From: Candidatus Woesearchaeota archaeon
GTDB lineage: Archaea; Nanobdellota; Nanobdellia; Woesearchaeales; 0-14-0-80-44-23
NCBI GenBank assembly: GCA_038874135.1
Contig: JAVZCZ010000001.1
Span: forward strand, 192,001 to 256,000
DNA length: 64,000 bases
Direction: 5' to 3'
A model generated the notes under the pieces. It made no database searches. It was given only the letters and a program-made list of their open reading frames with translations, and was not told the DNA's origin. This document shows positions 19,133-28,829 of the stretch, piece by piece. Numbering within the stretch: position 1 is the stretch's first letter; every line of letters starts with the position of its first letter. A program made the translations under genes and the position numbers.

Positions 19133-19807
19133 ATGACTCTCGAAAAGATAAGGGACAAACTCCATCCTAACCTTTATGATGCACTTTTCAAAGCGGGTAT
19201 ACGCGAGCTTAGGCCAGCACAGCGAAAGTCAATTCAGGCTGGGCTTCTGGAAGGAAAAAACCTGCTGGTTTGCACGCCTACAGCTTCTGGAAAGACACTT
19301 GTTGCAGAGCTGGCAATGCTTAACAACCTACTTAAAAATCCTGGAAGGAAGGCAATCTACATAGTGCCTCTTAAGGCATTGGCTTCTGAGAAGTTCAAGC
19401 AGTTTAAGAGGAAGTATGGGCATCTGGTAAGGATTGCGCTCTCAACTGGAGATCTTGACTCTGAAGATTTATACCTTGCAGATTACGACCTGATAATCTG
19501 CACTTCTGAAAAGTTTGACTCTTTAATAAGGCATAACGCCCCCTGGCTGGCAAGGGTTTCAGTAGTGATAATTGACGAGATACACTTATTAAATGATCCT
19601 ACTAGGGGACCGACCTTAGAGGTTCTGATAACAATTCTTAAGGATAAGCTCAGGAATCTTCAAATTGTAGGGCTCTCAGCCACGATTGGAAATCCTGAAG
19701 AGTTGGCAGAGTGGCTGGAAGCTAAGCTGGTGATTGATGATTGGAGACCTGTGAAGCTCTCAAAGGGCATACTCATTGGAAATAGGATAAAATTTTTTGA
19801 AGATTAA
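19133..19807 (+). CDS. Ski2/Hel308-like SF2 helicase, N-terminal RecA domain only
   Basis: Q motif LRPAQ, PTASGKT, PLKALA, TSEKFDS, DEIH, SAT; ends after WRPVKL. Confidence 0.88.
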   Translation: MTLEKIRDKLHPNLYDALFKAGIRELRPAQRKSIQAGLLEGKNLLVCTPTASGKTLVAELAMLNNLLKNPGRKAIYIVPLKALASEKFKQFKRKYGHLVRIALSTGDLDSEDLYLADYDLIICTSEKFDSLIRHNAPWLARVSVVIIDEIHLLNDPTRGPTLEVLITILKDKLRNLQIVGLSATIGNPEELAEWLEAKLVIDDWRPVKLSKGILIGNRIKFFED

Positions 19808-21093
19808 GCAAGTCCTATGCTTGAAACCACCTTTTCAGGGTTGAAGGCGTCCAGGTCTTCATAGTTCTGGCCCGTGCCGAGGTATAGTATCGGCTTTCTC
19901 GTAACATAGCTTATTGAGATTGCTGTTCCGCCCTTTTCATCTATGTCTGCCTTTGCAAGGATTATAGCATCTATGCCGACTGCCTCGTTAAAGCTTCGCG
20001 CCTGCTCTATGCAGTCGTTTCCCGTAATCGCCTCGCCCACGAATATCTTTAGGTCTGGCTTTGCGACCCTTACTATCTTTTTCAGCTCGTCCATGAGGTT
20101 GGTGTTAGAGTGCATCCTTCCAGCAGTGTCTATGAGCACAGCGTTTATGCCGTGAGCCTCTGCATATTTTATAGCGTCAAATGCAACTGCTGCAGAGTCC
20201 GCTCCGTACTGGTGCTTTATGAGCTTCACGCCTAACCTCTGAGCGTGCTGCTCCAGCTGGTCTATTGCAGCTGCCCTGAAGGTGTCTCCTGCTGCTAGTA
20301 CGCAGCTCAGCCCGTTTTTGAGCAGCAGGTTAGCAATCTTAGCTATCGTGGTTGTTTTTCCAGATCCGTTTATTCCGAGGAATAGTATTACATACGGCTT
20401 TTTCTCTCTTACTTTTGATACCAAGTCAAAGCCTTCCACTTCAAATAGGGACTTTATGCTTTCTTTGAGTGCATTCTCAATTGTCTGCTCAACTTGGGAG
20501 CGAGGCAGAGGCTTATTCACGAGCTCTCCTTTCAACCCGCTCTTTATTCTTTCTATGACTTCTACCGCGACATTATTTTCCAACAGGGAAACTTCTAAGT
20601 CCCAGAAAAGCTTTTCAAACTGCTCTTCTGAGATGGTCTTCTTAGTGAAAGCGTCTGAGATTTTTGTGAGTATACCCCTTTTCTGCTCGGGAATCCCTTC
20701 AGCTTCAATTTCTTTTTTATCTTCTGAAGCTTGTTCAGATTTTCTCTCTTCCAAAATTTCAGGCTGTTCGCGACTTTTGCCGCGGGAGAATATCTTTTTG
20801 AGAATTCCCCCTCGGGATTGTTGTGTTTCCTTCTCTTCTTTAGGCGCACTTTTTTCAGTTTTTTCAGGTTCTTCCTGCTCTTCAGTAATCCCGGCTTTTT
20901 CAAGCTTATCCTTTTCTGATTCTTCTTTAGGTTTCTCCGTGGTTGGCTGTCTATTCTTCTCTTCCCGATTAGCCACTTCAAGTTGAAACTCCTCTTCAGC
21001 TGATTCTGTTGACTCTTCAGAAACCTCTTCTTCAACTTTTTTTGAGAATACTGAGAGTGCCCCCTTCAGCTTCTTCTTAAGGAATTCAAACAT
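19804..21093 (-). CDS. ftsY: SRP receptor FtsY
   Basis: Acidic N-terminus; GINGSGKTTT, DTFRAAA, DTAGR, LGTGQ. Confidence 0.97.
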   Translation of the reverse strand: MFEFLKKKLKGALSVFSKKVEEEVSEESTESAEEEFQLEVANREEKNRQPTTEKPKEESEKDKLEKAGITEEQEEPEKTEKSAPKEEKETQQSRGGILKKIFSRGKSREQPEILEERKSEQASEDKKEIEAEGIPEQKRGILTKISDAFTKKTISEEQFEKLFWDLEVSLLENNVAVEVIERIKSGLKGELVNKPLPRSQVEQTIENALKESIKSLFEVEGFDLVSKVREKKPYVILFLGINGSGKTTTIAKIANLLLKNGLSCVLAAGDTFRAAAIDQLEQHAQRLGVKLIKHQYGADSAAVAFDAIKYAEAHGINAVLIDTAGRMHSNTNLMDELKKIVRVAKPDLKIFVGEAITGNDCIEQARSFNEAVGIDAIILAKADIDEKGGTAISISYVTRKPILYLGTGQNYEDLDAFNPEKVVSSIGLA

Positions 21094-21104
21094 TTTAGAG
21101 CCCT

Positions 21105-21563
21105 TTACTCCTTCTCCTTCTTCATAGTCTCATGAAGTAGTTTTCTAAGCTCTGTTTCGCTATTAACTGCCGCGCTGTTCAGCTGTTCAATCTGGGAGAT
21201 TAGCTGCTCATTATAACCTTTCAGCTCTGAGAGACGCTCTTCAAGAATCTTTATTACATCCTGAGCCTTTTTCTCAACCATCACTCCCGCTCCAACATTC
21301 ATCACAAGGTTTTCAGCATCAGTTATCCTTCCTCTAGCATATATGCCGCCAGTTATTGGGATTAGTGCCTCTTCAGAATTTTTTGCCTCAGCAAGCTCTC
21401 CTATGGCAGAGATTGCAGAGGTGATCTCAGCTATCCTTGAGCTTATCTCCTCGCTCTGCCTCTGAAGCTCGCCTATCTGCTCGCTCAGAATCTGAAGGTC
21501 GGTATATAATCTTTGAAGTTCTATATCCCTATTTTTTTTCTCATTGGTTTCCATATACTTCAC
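21105..21563 (-). CDS. pfdA: Prefoldin alpha subunit
   Basis: Coiled coils flanking LIPITGGIY..VMNVGAGVMVEK; eIF6-pfdA-ftsY context. Confidence 0.92.
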   Translation of the reverse strand: MKYMETNEKKNRDIELQRLYTDLQILSEQIGELQRQSEEISSRIAEITSAISAIGELAEAKNSEEALIPITGGIYARGRITDAENLVMNVGAGVMVEKKAQDVIKILEERLSELKGYNEQLISQIEQLNSAAVNSETELRKLLHETMKKEKE

Positions 21564-22225
21564 TACTCCTGAAAAGCATCCTGAACCTGCATTACCTCAA
21601 TGGTTGTAGTTGGGTCTCCCATGATTAAGCCTCTTGAATTAAGTATAACGCCTGAGCTCACAAATGGGTTTCCAAAATTTATAGTAGTTCTTTCAAGATG
21701 AACTCCCAGAATATTTTCAGCAGTTTTCTTCTCGGATTCTGAAGCCTCAGGATTTATGAGCCCCGCCTTAGAGTTTGAAATTATTGAAGAGCCAACTGCC
21801 TTTGATTTTGCTATGCTCATCCTAACAGCTTTAACATTTAAAAGCTCACTGATGAGCTCTGTTTCCCTTTGAGAGTATTCATCACTAACAACTGCGCCCC
21901 TATTGTTGCAGGCAATATTGTTTCCAAGAGCAGTAAGGTCCGAATCAAAAACCTTGAAGTTTATTCCAAGTTTCGTAAGCTCTCGCAGCTCCTCCTCAAA
22001 AGCTATCTTCGGAACAAGAATGCAGTGCTCATTACCAGCAATCAGAGCGCCTATCAGAGAAGTGCCCGCTATGTTAATCCTGTAAACGGGAACTCCTAAG
22101 TATTTCGCAATCTGCTCCTCATACTGCCGTGGCACGTCCCTTCCGAGAAGGCAGAACCTGTCATTAGCGTAAGCATAAAGGCCAATGTTCGGATTTCCAT
22201 AAAAAGACATCTTAGCAATCTTCAT
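21563..22225 (-). CDS. eif6: Translation initiation factor 6
   Basis: GNPNIGLY, ALGNNIACN, TINFGNPFVSSG, TTTIE. Confidence 0.93.
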   Translation of the reverse strand: MKIAKMSFYGNPNIGLYAYANDRFCLLGRDVPRQYEEQIAKYLGVPVYRINIAGTSLIGALIAGNEHCILVPKIAFEEELRELTKLGINFKVFDSDLTALGNNIACNNRGAVVSDEYSQRETELISELLNVKAVRMSIAKSKAVGSSIISNSKAGLINPEASESEKKTAENILGVHLERTTINFGNPFVSSGVILNSRGLIMGDPTTTIEVMQVQDAFQE

Positions 22226-22288
22226 AATCTCCCCTTCCAGATATGAGAAGCCAAAAGCATTTTAAAAATGTTGTGGAGAAAGAGGGGA

Positions 22289-22546
22289 CTAAATGATTTT
22301 TACCTTCTGAAAGAGCGCCTGTCCTGGCATGCCTCTTTCAAAGAGCGCCCTCACAGCACCAGAGTTGCCGTGAGCTGCTCTTATCTCTCCATGAATTTCT
22401 CTTCCGGCAGGGCTCTTCCAGACAACCTTCTTACCAACGAGCTTTGCAGCAGCCTCTTTGGAATTAATGCCTTCAATCTTTAATATCATCTGGTTGTTGT
22501 GAGTAATCCTCTTACTCCTTTTAAAACTCATTATTGTAGCTTCCAT
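22289..22546 (-). CDS. rpl35ae: 50S ribosomal protein L35Ae
   Basis: HGEIRAAHGNSGAVRALFERGMPGQA. Confidence 0.93.
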   Translation of the reverse strand: MEATIMSFKRSKRITHNNQMILKIEGINSKEAAAKLVGKKVVWKSPAGREIHGEIRAAHGNSGAVRALFERGMPGQALFQKVKII

Positions 22547-22598
22547 AAAAAGAGTGAGAACTGCGCTCATTTAAAAATCTTGTGATTCTATTGAAAGC

Positions 22599-23357
22599 TT
22601 ATAAATTAGAACGCTCATAAATTAATTTAATCATATCGTAAAGTTTTGGATCACACCATCCATTAAATATTCCATCTACTCCCGCATCTTTAAGTTGCTG
22701 AATAACTTTGGGATTATCATAATATACGGGCATTCCATACGCCATAGAGCCAGCTGATTTTGCTGCTCTAACGCCGTTCGGAGAATCTTCAAAAACAATC
22801 TGCTTTGAAGGAGAAACTCCGTGCAATTCAGCAGTTTTTATATAAACTTCCGGGTGTGGTTTTAAATTCCTAACATCCTCTTTGAGGATTATTTTCTCAA
22901 GACCGAAGAGTTCTAGTAGTTCGGCTTGATCAAGGATGTGCATTGCTTGTCCTGTAGAGGTAAGAGACCCAATTGCATATTTAAATCCTAAACTTTTAAT
23001 GAAAAAGAAAAATTCAAGGAAGCCTTCTCTAGGGCGTATCTCAAATTCTGGTAGAAGATTGTTGTAATAGAACTTTTTTGCATAGTGAATTTCTTTCGGA
23101 TCCACATATATTCCAAAATGTTTTAGTCCATATTTTGCAATTTCTTTAGCTATTTCCTCGTCAGGACCTCCTATAAAGTGGGGAAACTCATCTAGGTTTT
23201 TGAGAAATTGTTCAACGGTTAAATTAATTCCGAAAGCTTTGGCTGAAAGTTCGTGCGCTTTGTGATGCACATTCCCTAAATTAACTGTTGTTCCTTCCAA
23301 GTCAAATGTGACCACAATTATTTCCTTCTCAGGCAGGATTATTTTTTCAAGGCTCAT
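22599..23357 (-). CDS. HAD-superfamily phosphatase (beta-PGM/CbbY-like)
   Basis: FDLEGT, KPHPEVY, VFEDSPNGVRAA. Confidence 0.88.
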   Translation of the reverse strand: MSLEKIILPEKEIIVVTFDLEGTTVNLGNVHHKAHELSAKAFGINLTVEQFLKNLDEFPHFIGGPDEEIAKEIAKYGLKHFGIYVDPKEIHYAKKFYYNNLLPEFEIRPREGFLEFFFFIKSLGFKYAIGSLTSTGQAMHILDQAELLELFGLEKIILKEDVRNLKPHPEVYIKTAELHGVSPSKQIVFEDSPNGVRAAKSAGSMAYGMPVYYDNPKVIQQLKDAGVDGIFNGWCDPKLYDMIKLIYERSNL

Positions 23358-23452
23358 GTTCTAAAAATAAATATTTCAACTATTTAAATTTTTCGGTTAT
23401 TTAACTACCTTTTAGTAACAAATAATTCAACATATGAAAAATTAGAAAAAAT

Positions 23453-25081
23453 TTAGTACTCAGGCATATCAGAAGGCATCTTAGACGGGCCGCTCCTGTC
23501 TGACTTGCTGGCTGCGATAACATCATCTATCCTCAATATCATCACTGCAACCTCAGATGCTGACTTTATCGCCTGGGTTTTTATCCTGAGCGGCTCTATA
23601 ACGCCTTGCTTCATAGCATCTATAATCTTGCCTGAGAACACATCAATACCCGCCCACTTCTGGCCCTTGTCGTGACTAGCTTTCAGGTCTGTAAGCACAT
23701 CTATGGGATCTAATCCCGCGTTTTCAGCCAGTGTTCTAGGTATGACTTCTATTGAGTCGGCAAATGCCTGCACTGCGAGCTGCTCCCTGCCGCTTAGTGA
23801 TTCTGAGAACTTTCTAAGCTGCCTTGCAAGCTCTGTCTCTACTGAGCCTGCTCCTCCAACTACTTTTCCGTCGCTGAGTGCTGCTGCAAGGTCTCCTATA
23901 GCGTCCTCCATTGCCCTCTTTATTTCCGAGATGACATGGTCGCTTCCGCCCCTAATAAGTATTGTTACTGCCTTTGGATTCTTGCATCCTGTTACGAAGG
24001 TCATGGATTCGTCTCCTGTCTTTCTCTCTTCAACGAGTCCTGCAAAGCCCAAGTCATTAGGTGAGAAGTCTTCAAGCGTAGTTAGCACTTTTCCACCTGT
24101 AGCTAGTTCAAGCTTCTCCATATCCGACTGGGATACTCTTCTCACTGCATATATGCCCTTCTTTGCTAATAGGTGCTGCGCTATGTCATCTATACCTTTC
24201 TGGCAGAACACCACATTAGCTCCCGTCTTAGCTACTTTATCCACGAGGTCTCTTATCATCTTCTCTTCCATGTCCAGGAATGCCTGCATCTTCTCAGGAT
24301 CTGTTATCTGAATCTTTGCTTCTGTCTCAGTATTTTTTATTTCCAGGGCTGAGTCAAGAAGGAGTATCTTTGCATTCTTTACAGAGCTTGGCATTCCAGA
24401 GTGTACCTTCTCCTTATCAAGAACAATACCATCTATAAGTTCAGTATCCTCTATTCCGCCGCCCACCTTCTTCTCAATCTTTATGTTGTCCTTTGCAACT
24501 ACAATTTTTCCATTTTTGACTTCAGCAATCTTCTTAACTGCCTCAACTGCTATCTTGCTCAGCTTATCCTTCGCATATTCTGCTCCCTTTCCAGTCATGG
24601 CTGTCATGGCAATCTTCTGAAGTGGAGCGGTATCCTTCTCACTTATCGGCTCAGCTATTTTCTCAAGGATCTCATTCGCCTTGTCAGCTGCAATTATGTA
24701 GCCCTTAGCTATCACGGTTGGATGTATATCCTGGTCCAGGAGCTCTTCTGCCCGCTTGAGAAGCTCCCCTGCAACAACAACTGCTGTTGTCGTTCCATCG
24801 CCAACCTCATCTTCCTGAGTCTTAGCTATTTCCACCATCATCTTAGCTATGGGATGGTCAATCTCAATTTCTTCAAGAATTGTCACCCCATCATTTGTTA
24901 TTGTTACATCTCCCAATGTGTCTACAAGCATCTTATCCATTCCCTTCGGACCTAGCGTGGTCCTCACAGTAGATGCCACCTGTATTGCAGCTGTTATGTT
25001 CATGTGCTGCGCGTTTTTGCCAGTTGTCCTCTGGCTGCCTTCCGGCAGAATGAAGATTGGTTGTATTTGCGGTTGTGCCAT
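23453..25081 (-). CDS. ths: Thermosome (group II chaperonin) subunit
   Basis: [33 protein letters not shown]. Confidence 0.98.
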   Translation of the reverse strand: MAQPQIQPIFILPEGSQRTTGKNAQHMNITAAIQVASTVRTTLGPKGMDKMLVDTLGDVTITNDGVTILEEIEIDHPIAKMMVEIAKTQEDEVGDGTTTAVVVAGELLKRAEELLDQDIHPTVIAKGYIIAADKANEILEKIAEPISEKDTAPLQKIAMTAMTGKGAEYAKDKLSKIAVEAVKKIAEVKNGKIVVAKDNIKIEKKVGGGIEDTELIDGIVLDKEKVHSGMPSSVKNAKILLLDSALEIKNTETEAKIQITDPEKMQAFLDMEEKMIRDLVDKVAKTGANVVFCQKGIDDIAQHLLAKKGIYAVRRVSQSDMEKLELATGGKVLTTLEDFSPNDLGFAGLVEERKTGDESMTFVTGCKNPKAVTILIRGGSDHVISEIKRAMEDAIGDLAAALSDGKVVGGAGSVETELARQLRKFSESLSGREQLAVQAFADSIEVIPRTLAENAGLDPIDVLTDLKASHDKGQKWAGIDVFSGKIIDAMKQGVIEPLRIKTQAIKSASEVAVMILRIDDVIAASKSDRSGPSKMPSDMPEY

Positions 25082-25243
25082 AAATTCTCACCTCATTATT
25101 TTGAGATTTTTGGATTATTCTGCTCCTAAACCCCCTAAAAAATATAAAAATTGTATACAAGCAGGTATATATAAAGGTTTCGGAAATATGTTCTGTTAAA
25201 TTGTTGTAGGTAATTAATCGGCTACTTGAAAGAACTCTAAAGC

Positions 25244-26053
25244 CTAAAGCAGATTAGCAATTTTCTTTATATCCTTATTTGCTATATAAGTGTAAATTTG
25301 CGTTGTTTTCAAATCTTTATGGCCTAATAGCTGTTGAATATATCGAATATCAGCACCAGATTCCAATAAATGAGTGGCAAAATTGTGCCTTAAGGTATGG
25401 GGAGTAACTCTTTTCTTTATGCCTGCTTTCTTTGAAGCAGATTTGACAATCTGTTGGATTGTCCGTTTATTGTATTTTCCTTCTCTTTGGGAAACAAAAA
25501 TTGGACCTTCCTCCTTTATTCCATACATTTACAGCATATCACTCAATTTTTTATGAAGGAATACAACTCTTTCTTTATCTCCTTTAGCAGTTTTTAGGTG
25601 GATAACTTCTCTGTCAAAATCAATATCTTGCCAATTGAGGTTTCCAGCTTCGTCTAGCCAAAGACCAGCGTAATAAAGAAACATGATAACAAGTTTGTGT
25701 TTCAAATTATTTGTCGAATCTATCATTTTGATAACTTCTTCTTTACTTAAAACTAATGGTAATTTCAGAGATTTTCTGGCGAGAGGTAGCTTCTCCTCAA
25801 ATTTAGTGTTCAAAACATTTTCATAAAAAAAATTTTAGGGTAAAGTATGCGGACCTCATTGTCGATTTGCTTTTAGTGATATAAGACAATAAAAACTCCC
25901 TGGGCATTTTACCTGAAGACAGAAAATCTTTCACTATGGAAATATAGCACTTGCCTGTTTGACAGGAATACCTTATGAGCTTTAATTCCTCAATTAACTT
26001 GCCATTAGTTTATATTTTTCTTCTAGAGAGTAGATTTTACCTTCCTCATTCAT
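25244..26053 (-). pseudogene. Tyrosine recombinase (XerD/phage-integrase-like, SAM-like N-terminus), disrupted
   Basis: Reconstructed MNEEGK..KLIEELKLIRYS..LPLVLSKEEV..YYAGL(W)[48 protein letters not shown]; frameshifts near 26003 and 25825, stop at 25529-25531, catalytic Arg replaced by Trp. Confidence 0.9.
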
Positions 26054-26303
26054 AAATTTTATTATGATGACTAACTACATAAAATCTCGCTTTTTATCTA
26101 AATTTTTACAATAAAACGAATATTTATATCGCTTAATAGTTGTTCAACACAATTTGAGAACCTGCTTATTGCCACCCCGCCCAGACGGAAGCGCGCTTGT
26201 CCTTCGGACACATATTGTCTCGCTTTCAGCAGAAAGATTAATAGAAACGATGAGGGTCTTTTTTCGAATACTTTATAAATATGTTAAAGTTATACTTAAT
26301 ATT

Positions 26304-27056
26304 ATGGACGCTAAAGATATTGAAACAGTTGAAAAAAGGTATTTCGATGAGATAGCCTTTTTTATAGACAAAAATATCCAATGGGTTCTTGAAAGATTGA
26401 AGTCAAAAAATGAAATTAAAGAAGATTGGTTACAAACATTTAAAAAAACTTGTAGAGAAGCATACGAGGAATCATCAGAATTAGATGTAGGGGCAGAGAG
26501 AGTAATTCATAATTTATTTGGTCAATATAGACTTTTTGCTGTTAATTCTTCTCCTATCGGTTCAGATTTAATGTTTGAAACTCATGACGCTTTCATTCAT
26601 ATTGAAGTAAAAACTACTACTGATTCAAATCCGGCCGACTTCAAAGGAAAAATACAAATTGCACAAAGCCAAACTACTTACGAGGTTAGTCAAACAAAAA
26701 GAGGAAATCCTTATCCTTTTATTCCAAGTTTGCCAAAAATTTACTCAAATAAAAAAATCTGTCTAACTTATGTAATTCAAATCATACACAAAAATCAAGA
26801 AGATTTACCAAAAATAATAGTATTGTTTTCTATCCCTAATGGGCTATTAAAATCTACTTATGGGAATTGCATTAATTCTGGAAAACACACAAAAGAGTTA
26901 AATCGTTTGGGTTCGAGAGGGGATATAAGATTTTTGTATAAAGATGCAAGTAAATTTGAAAATCTAGAAAATAAACCGAGTAGAATAAAAGTTATCTATC
27001 CTCAAAACCCCTCAAAAGAATTACTTAAGAAGTATTTGGGCTTAGAAGAGTTATAA
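26304..27056 (+). CDS. Type II restriction endonuclease, BglI/SfiI-like PD-(D/E)xK
   Basis: SDLMF..IHIEVKT catalytic motif; FIPSLPKIY, SIPNGLL..SGKH..DIRF resemble BglI/SfiI as recalled; convergent with MTase. Confidence 0.75.
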   Translation: MDAKDIETVEKRYFDEIAFFIDKNIQWVLERLKSKNEIKEDWLQTFKKTCREAYEESSELDVGAERVIHNLFGQYRLFAVNSSPIGSDLMFETHDAFIHIEVKTTTDSNPADFKGKIQIAQSQTTYEVSQTKRGNPYPFIPSLPKIYSNKKICLTYVIQIIHKNQEDLPKIIVLFSIPNGLLKSTYGNCINSGKHTKELNRLGSRGDIRFLYKDASKFENLENKPSRIKVIYPQNPSKELLKKYLGLEEL

Positions 27057-28295
27057 AACTTTAATTATTCCGCATCTTTTTTCAATAATTTTTAGATAAT
27101 CTTTTTGTAACTCTATTCCAATAGATTTTCTATTAAGTTCTTTTGCTACTTTTAAAGTCGTTCCGCTTCCTACAAAAGGGTCTAAAACAACCCCTTCTTT
27201 TGGACAGCAAGCCATTATAGCCCTTCTTGGTAATTCTTCAGGGAATATTGCAAAATGAGAATCCTGCAATTTCCCTGTCGGGAAATCCCAAACATCGCCA
27301 GGGTTTTTTCCTAATTCATGAGGCTTAACAGTTTGTAAAACATAATGTTCTTCCGTCATAATTTTATCATATTTGTCTTCTTTAATACCCAAAATTTCTT
27401 TTAGTTTAAACCAATCTTCTGGTTTAGGCAAACATCTACCCCCCCTATCAATTCTAAACCAGTGTCCAGCAGTATCTTTATAACCAAATATTTTATCGAT
27501 TTCTTTAGTAGAAATTCCTTTTCTCTTTCTGTATTCTCTGATGAATTTTATTATTTCAAGCTCTAAATTACTATCTATTTTATTTTTTCTTTGGCGAGAA
27601 TAAAACTCTCCAAATACAGACAATCTTGCACCAGGAGACGCCCCAAGATTTATTTTATTCGTGTTCTTAAATTTACCATTATAACCCTTGCCATTATTAT
27701 TTTTATTTTTCCATTTCTCATATTCTTCAATAGATAATGTTAATGGCAATTGTGTTGTAGTTACATTAATAGTACCACCATTAGTTTTGTGCGGTATCCT
27801 AACAGAATCTAAATCAAAATAATATTCTGGTGTCAAATAACCATCTGGTTTTTTTACAAATAAAAATATAGGTTCATAAACATTAGAGAATCTATCCTTT
27901 ATTGATGATGGCATAGCGTTTGTTTTGCGCCATATTAAAACATTTCTTATAGCCCACCCTCTTTTTTGCATTTCTATCGCTAATCTAAATGGTATCATTT
28001 GTAAATTTTTTCCAACATATTTATCTCCTATATTCAAAAAATAAGCTCCATCATCAGTTAAAACTCTTTTTAATTCATCAGCAACTTCCAACATTTTATT
28101 GATATATTCTTCTGGTGTTTTTTCATTACCTATTTGTCCATCTATTCCATAATCCCTTTGTCTCCAATATGGCGGTGAAGTTACAATAACATTAACTGAT
28201 TTATCAGGAATATCCTTTAACCTACTTATAACATCACCTACTAAAATAAGTGGTGTAGTATCTTTCGGCAGTGTTATCAAATTACTTTTGTCCAT
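27051..28295 (-). CDS. Beta-class amino DNA methyltransferase (probably N4-cytosine) with inserted HTH-like segment
   Basis: Motif IV VTSPPYW precedes motif I VLDPFVGSGTT; HFAIFPEEL. Confidence 0.92.
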   Translation of the reverse strand: MDKSNLITLPKDTTPLILVGDVISRLKDIPDKSVNVIVTSPPYWRQRDYGIDGQIGNEKTPEEYINKMLEVADELKRVLTDDGAYFLNIGDKYVGKNLQMIPFRLAIEMQKRGWAIRNVLIWRKTNAMPSSIKDRFSNVYEPIFLFVKKPDGYLTPEYYFDLDSVRIPHKTNGGTINVTTTQLPLTLSIEEYEKWKNKNNNGKGYNGKFKNTNKINLGASPGARLSVFGEFYSRQRKNKIDSNLELEIIKFIREYRKRKGISTKEIDKIFGYKDTAGHWFRIDRGGRCLPKPEDWFKLKEILGIKEDKYDKIMTEEHYVLQTVKPHELGKNPGDVWDFPTGKLQDSHFAIFPEELPRRAIMACCPKEGVVLDPFVGSGTTLKVAKELNRKSIGIELQKDYLKIIEKRCGIIKVL

Positions 28296-28437
28296 AATTA
28301 ATCCCTTTTTTATTGAACTCTTCTTTAATAAAATTTTCAAATTGTTTAGACACAATAAGCCCCTTTTCTTTACAAAACTTTCTGTATTCTTCATAAACTT
28401 TAGAATCGATCTTTAATGTAACATTCTTACTTGGCAT
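28282..28437 (-). CDS. Small ribbon-helix-helix regulator upstream of MTase
   Basis: MPSKNVTLKIDSKVYEEYRKFCKEKGLIVSKQFENFIKEE; AGGAG RBS; overlaps MTase start. Confidence 0.75.
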   Translation of the reverse strand: MPSKNVTLKIDSKVYEEYRKFCKEKGLIVSKQFENFIKEEFNKKGINYGQK

Positions 28438-28633
28438 TTTTTCAACTCCTTGTAATAGACATATTTGCACATATTTATAAATGTTTCTTAACTATACAGG
28501 TTTTTAATGAAACGGCGGCACTCCCTAAAGAAAAAACTATGGTGGCAAAAAATTTTCGGCGCCCTCGCGACTTTGAGTTTTTGGACTTTGCCCAACGTTG
28601 CACCAAAACTCAATCTTCATTTCATCCGGAGAA

Positions 28634-28729
28634 ATGAACAGCGATTTAACGGTTCCGCCTTCGCTCTGCCGCTCGGTCCCACCCCAATTTTTCCTTCCGA
28701 AAAACTGCGTATAAGCACACATGTTAAGT
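28634..28729 (+). other. Degenerate attC-like recombination site (putative)
   Basis: AAC AGCGATTTAACGGTT ... AACTGCGTATAAGCACACAT GTTAAGT: imperfect inverted arms ending in exact GTTRRRY; left core (AATGAAC) deviates from RYYYAAC. Confidence 0.4.
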
Positions 28730-28829
28730 CCAATAATTTTTTGAGCTCGGGCAGTGCTTCGCACATATAATCTGCTTCGTAGAAGTTTTATATTTTGGCG
28801 GTGCAAAAAGAAAGCTTAAAAATATCCTT

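Noticed and set aside
26154-26303. TTG-started N-terminal extension of the endonuclease
   Set aside because: It crosses the GC-rich repeated motif and a TATA box; the ATG at 26304 fits a leaderless start.
28431-28806. Three overlapping ORFs (68-89 aa) in the track
   Set aside because: No motifs and atypical composition; better explained as a structured non-coding recombination region.
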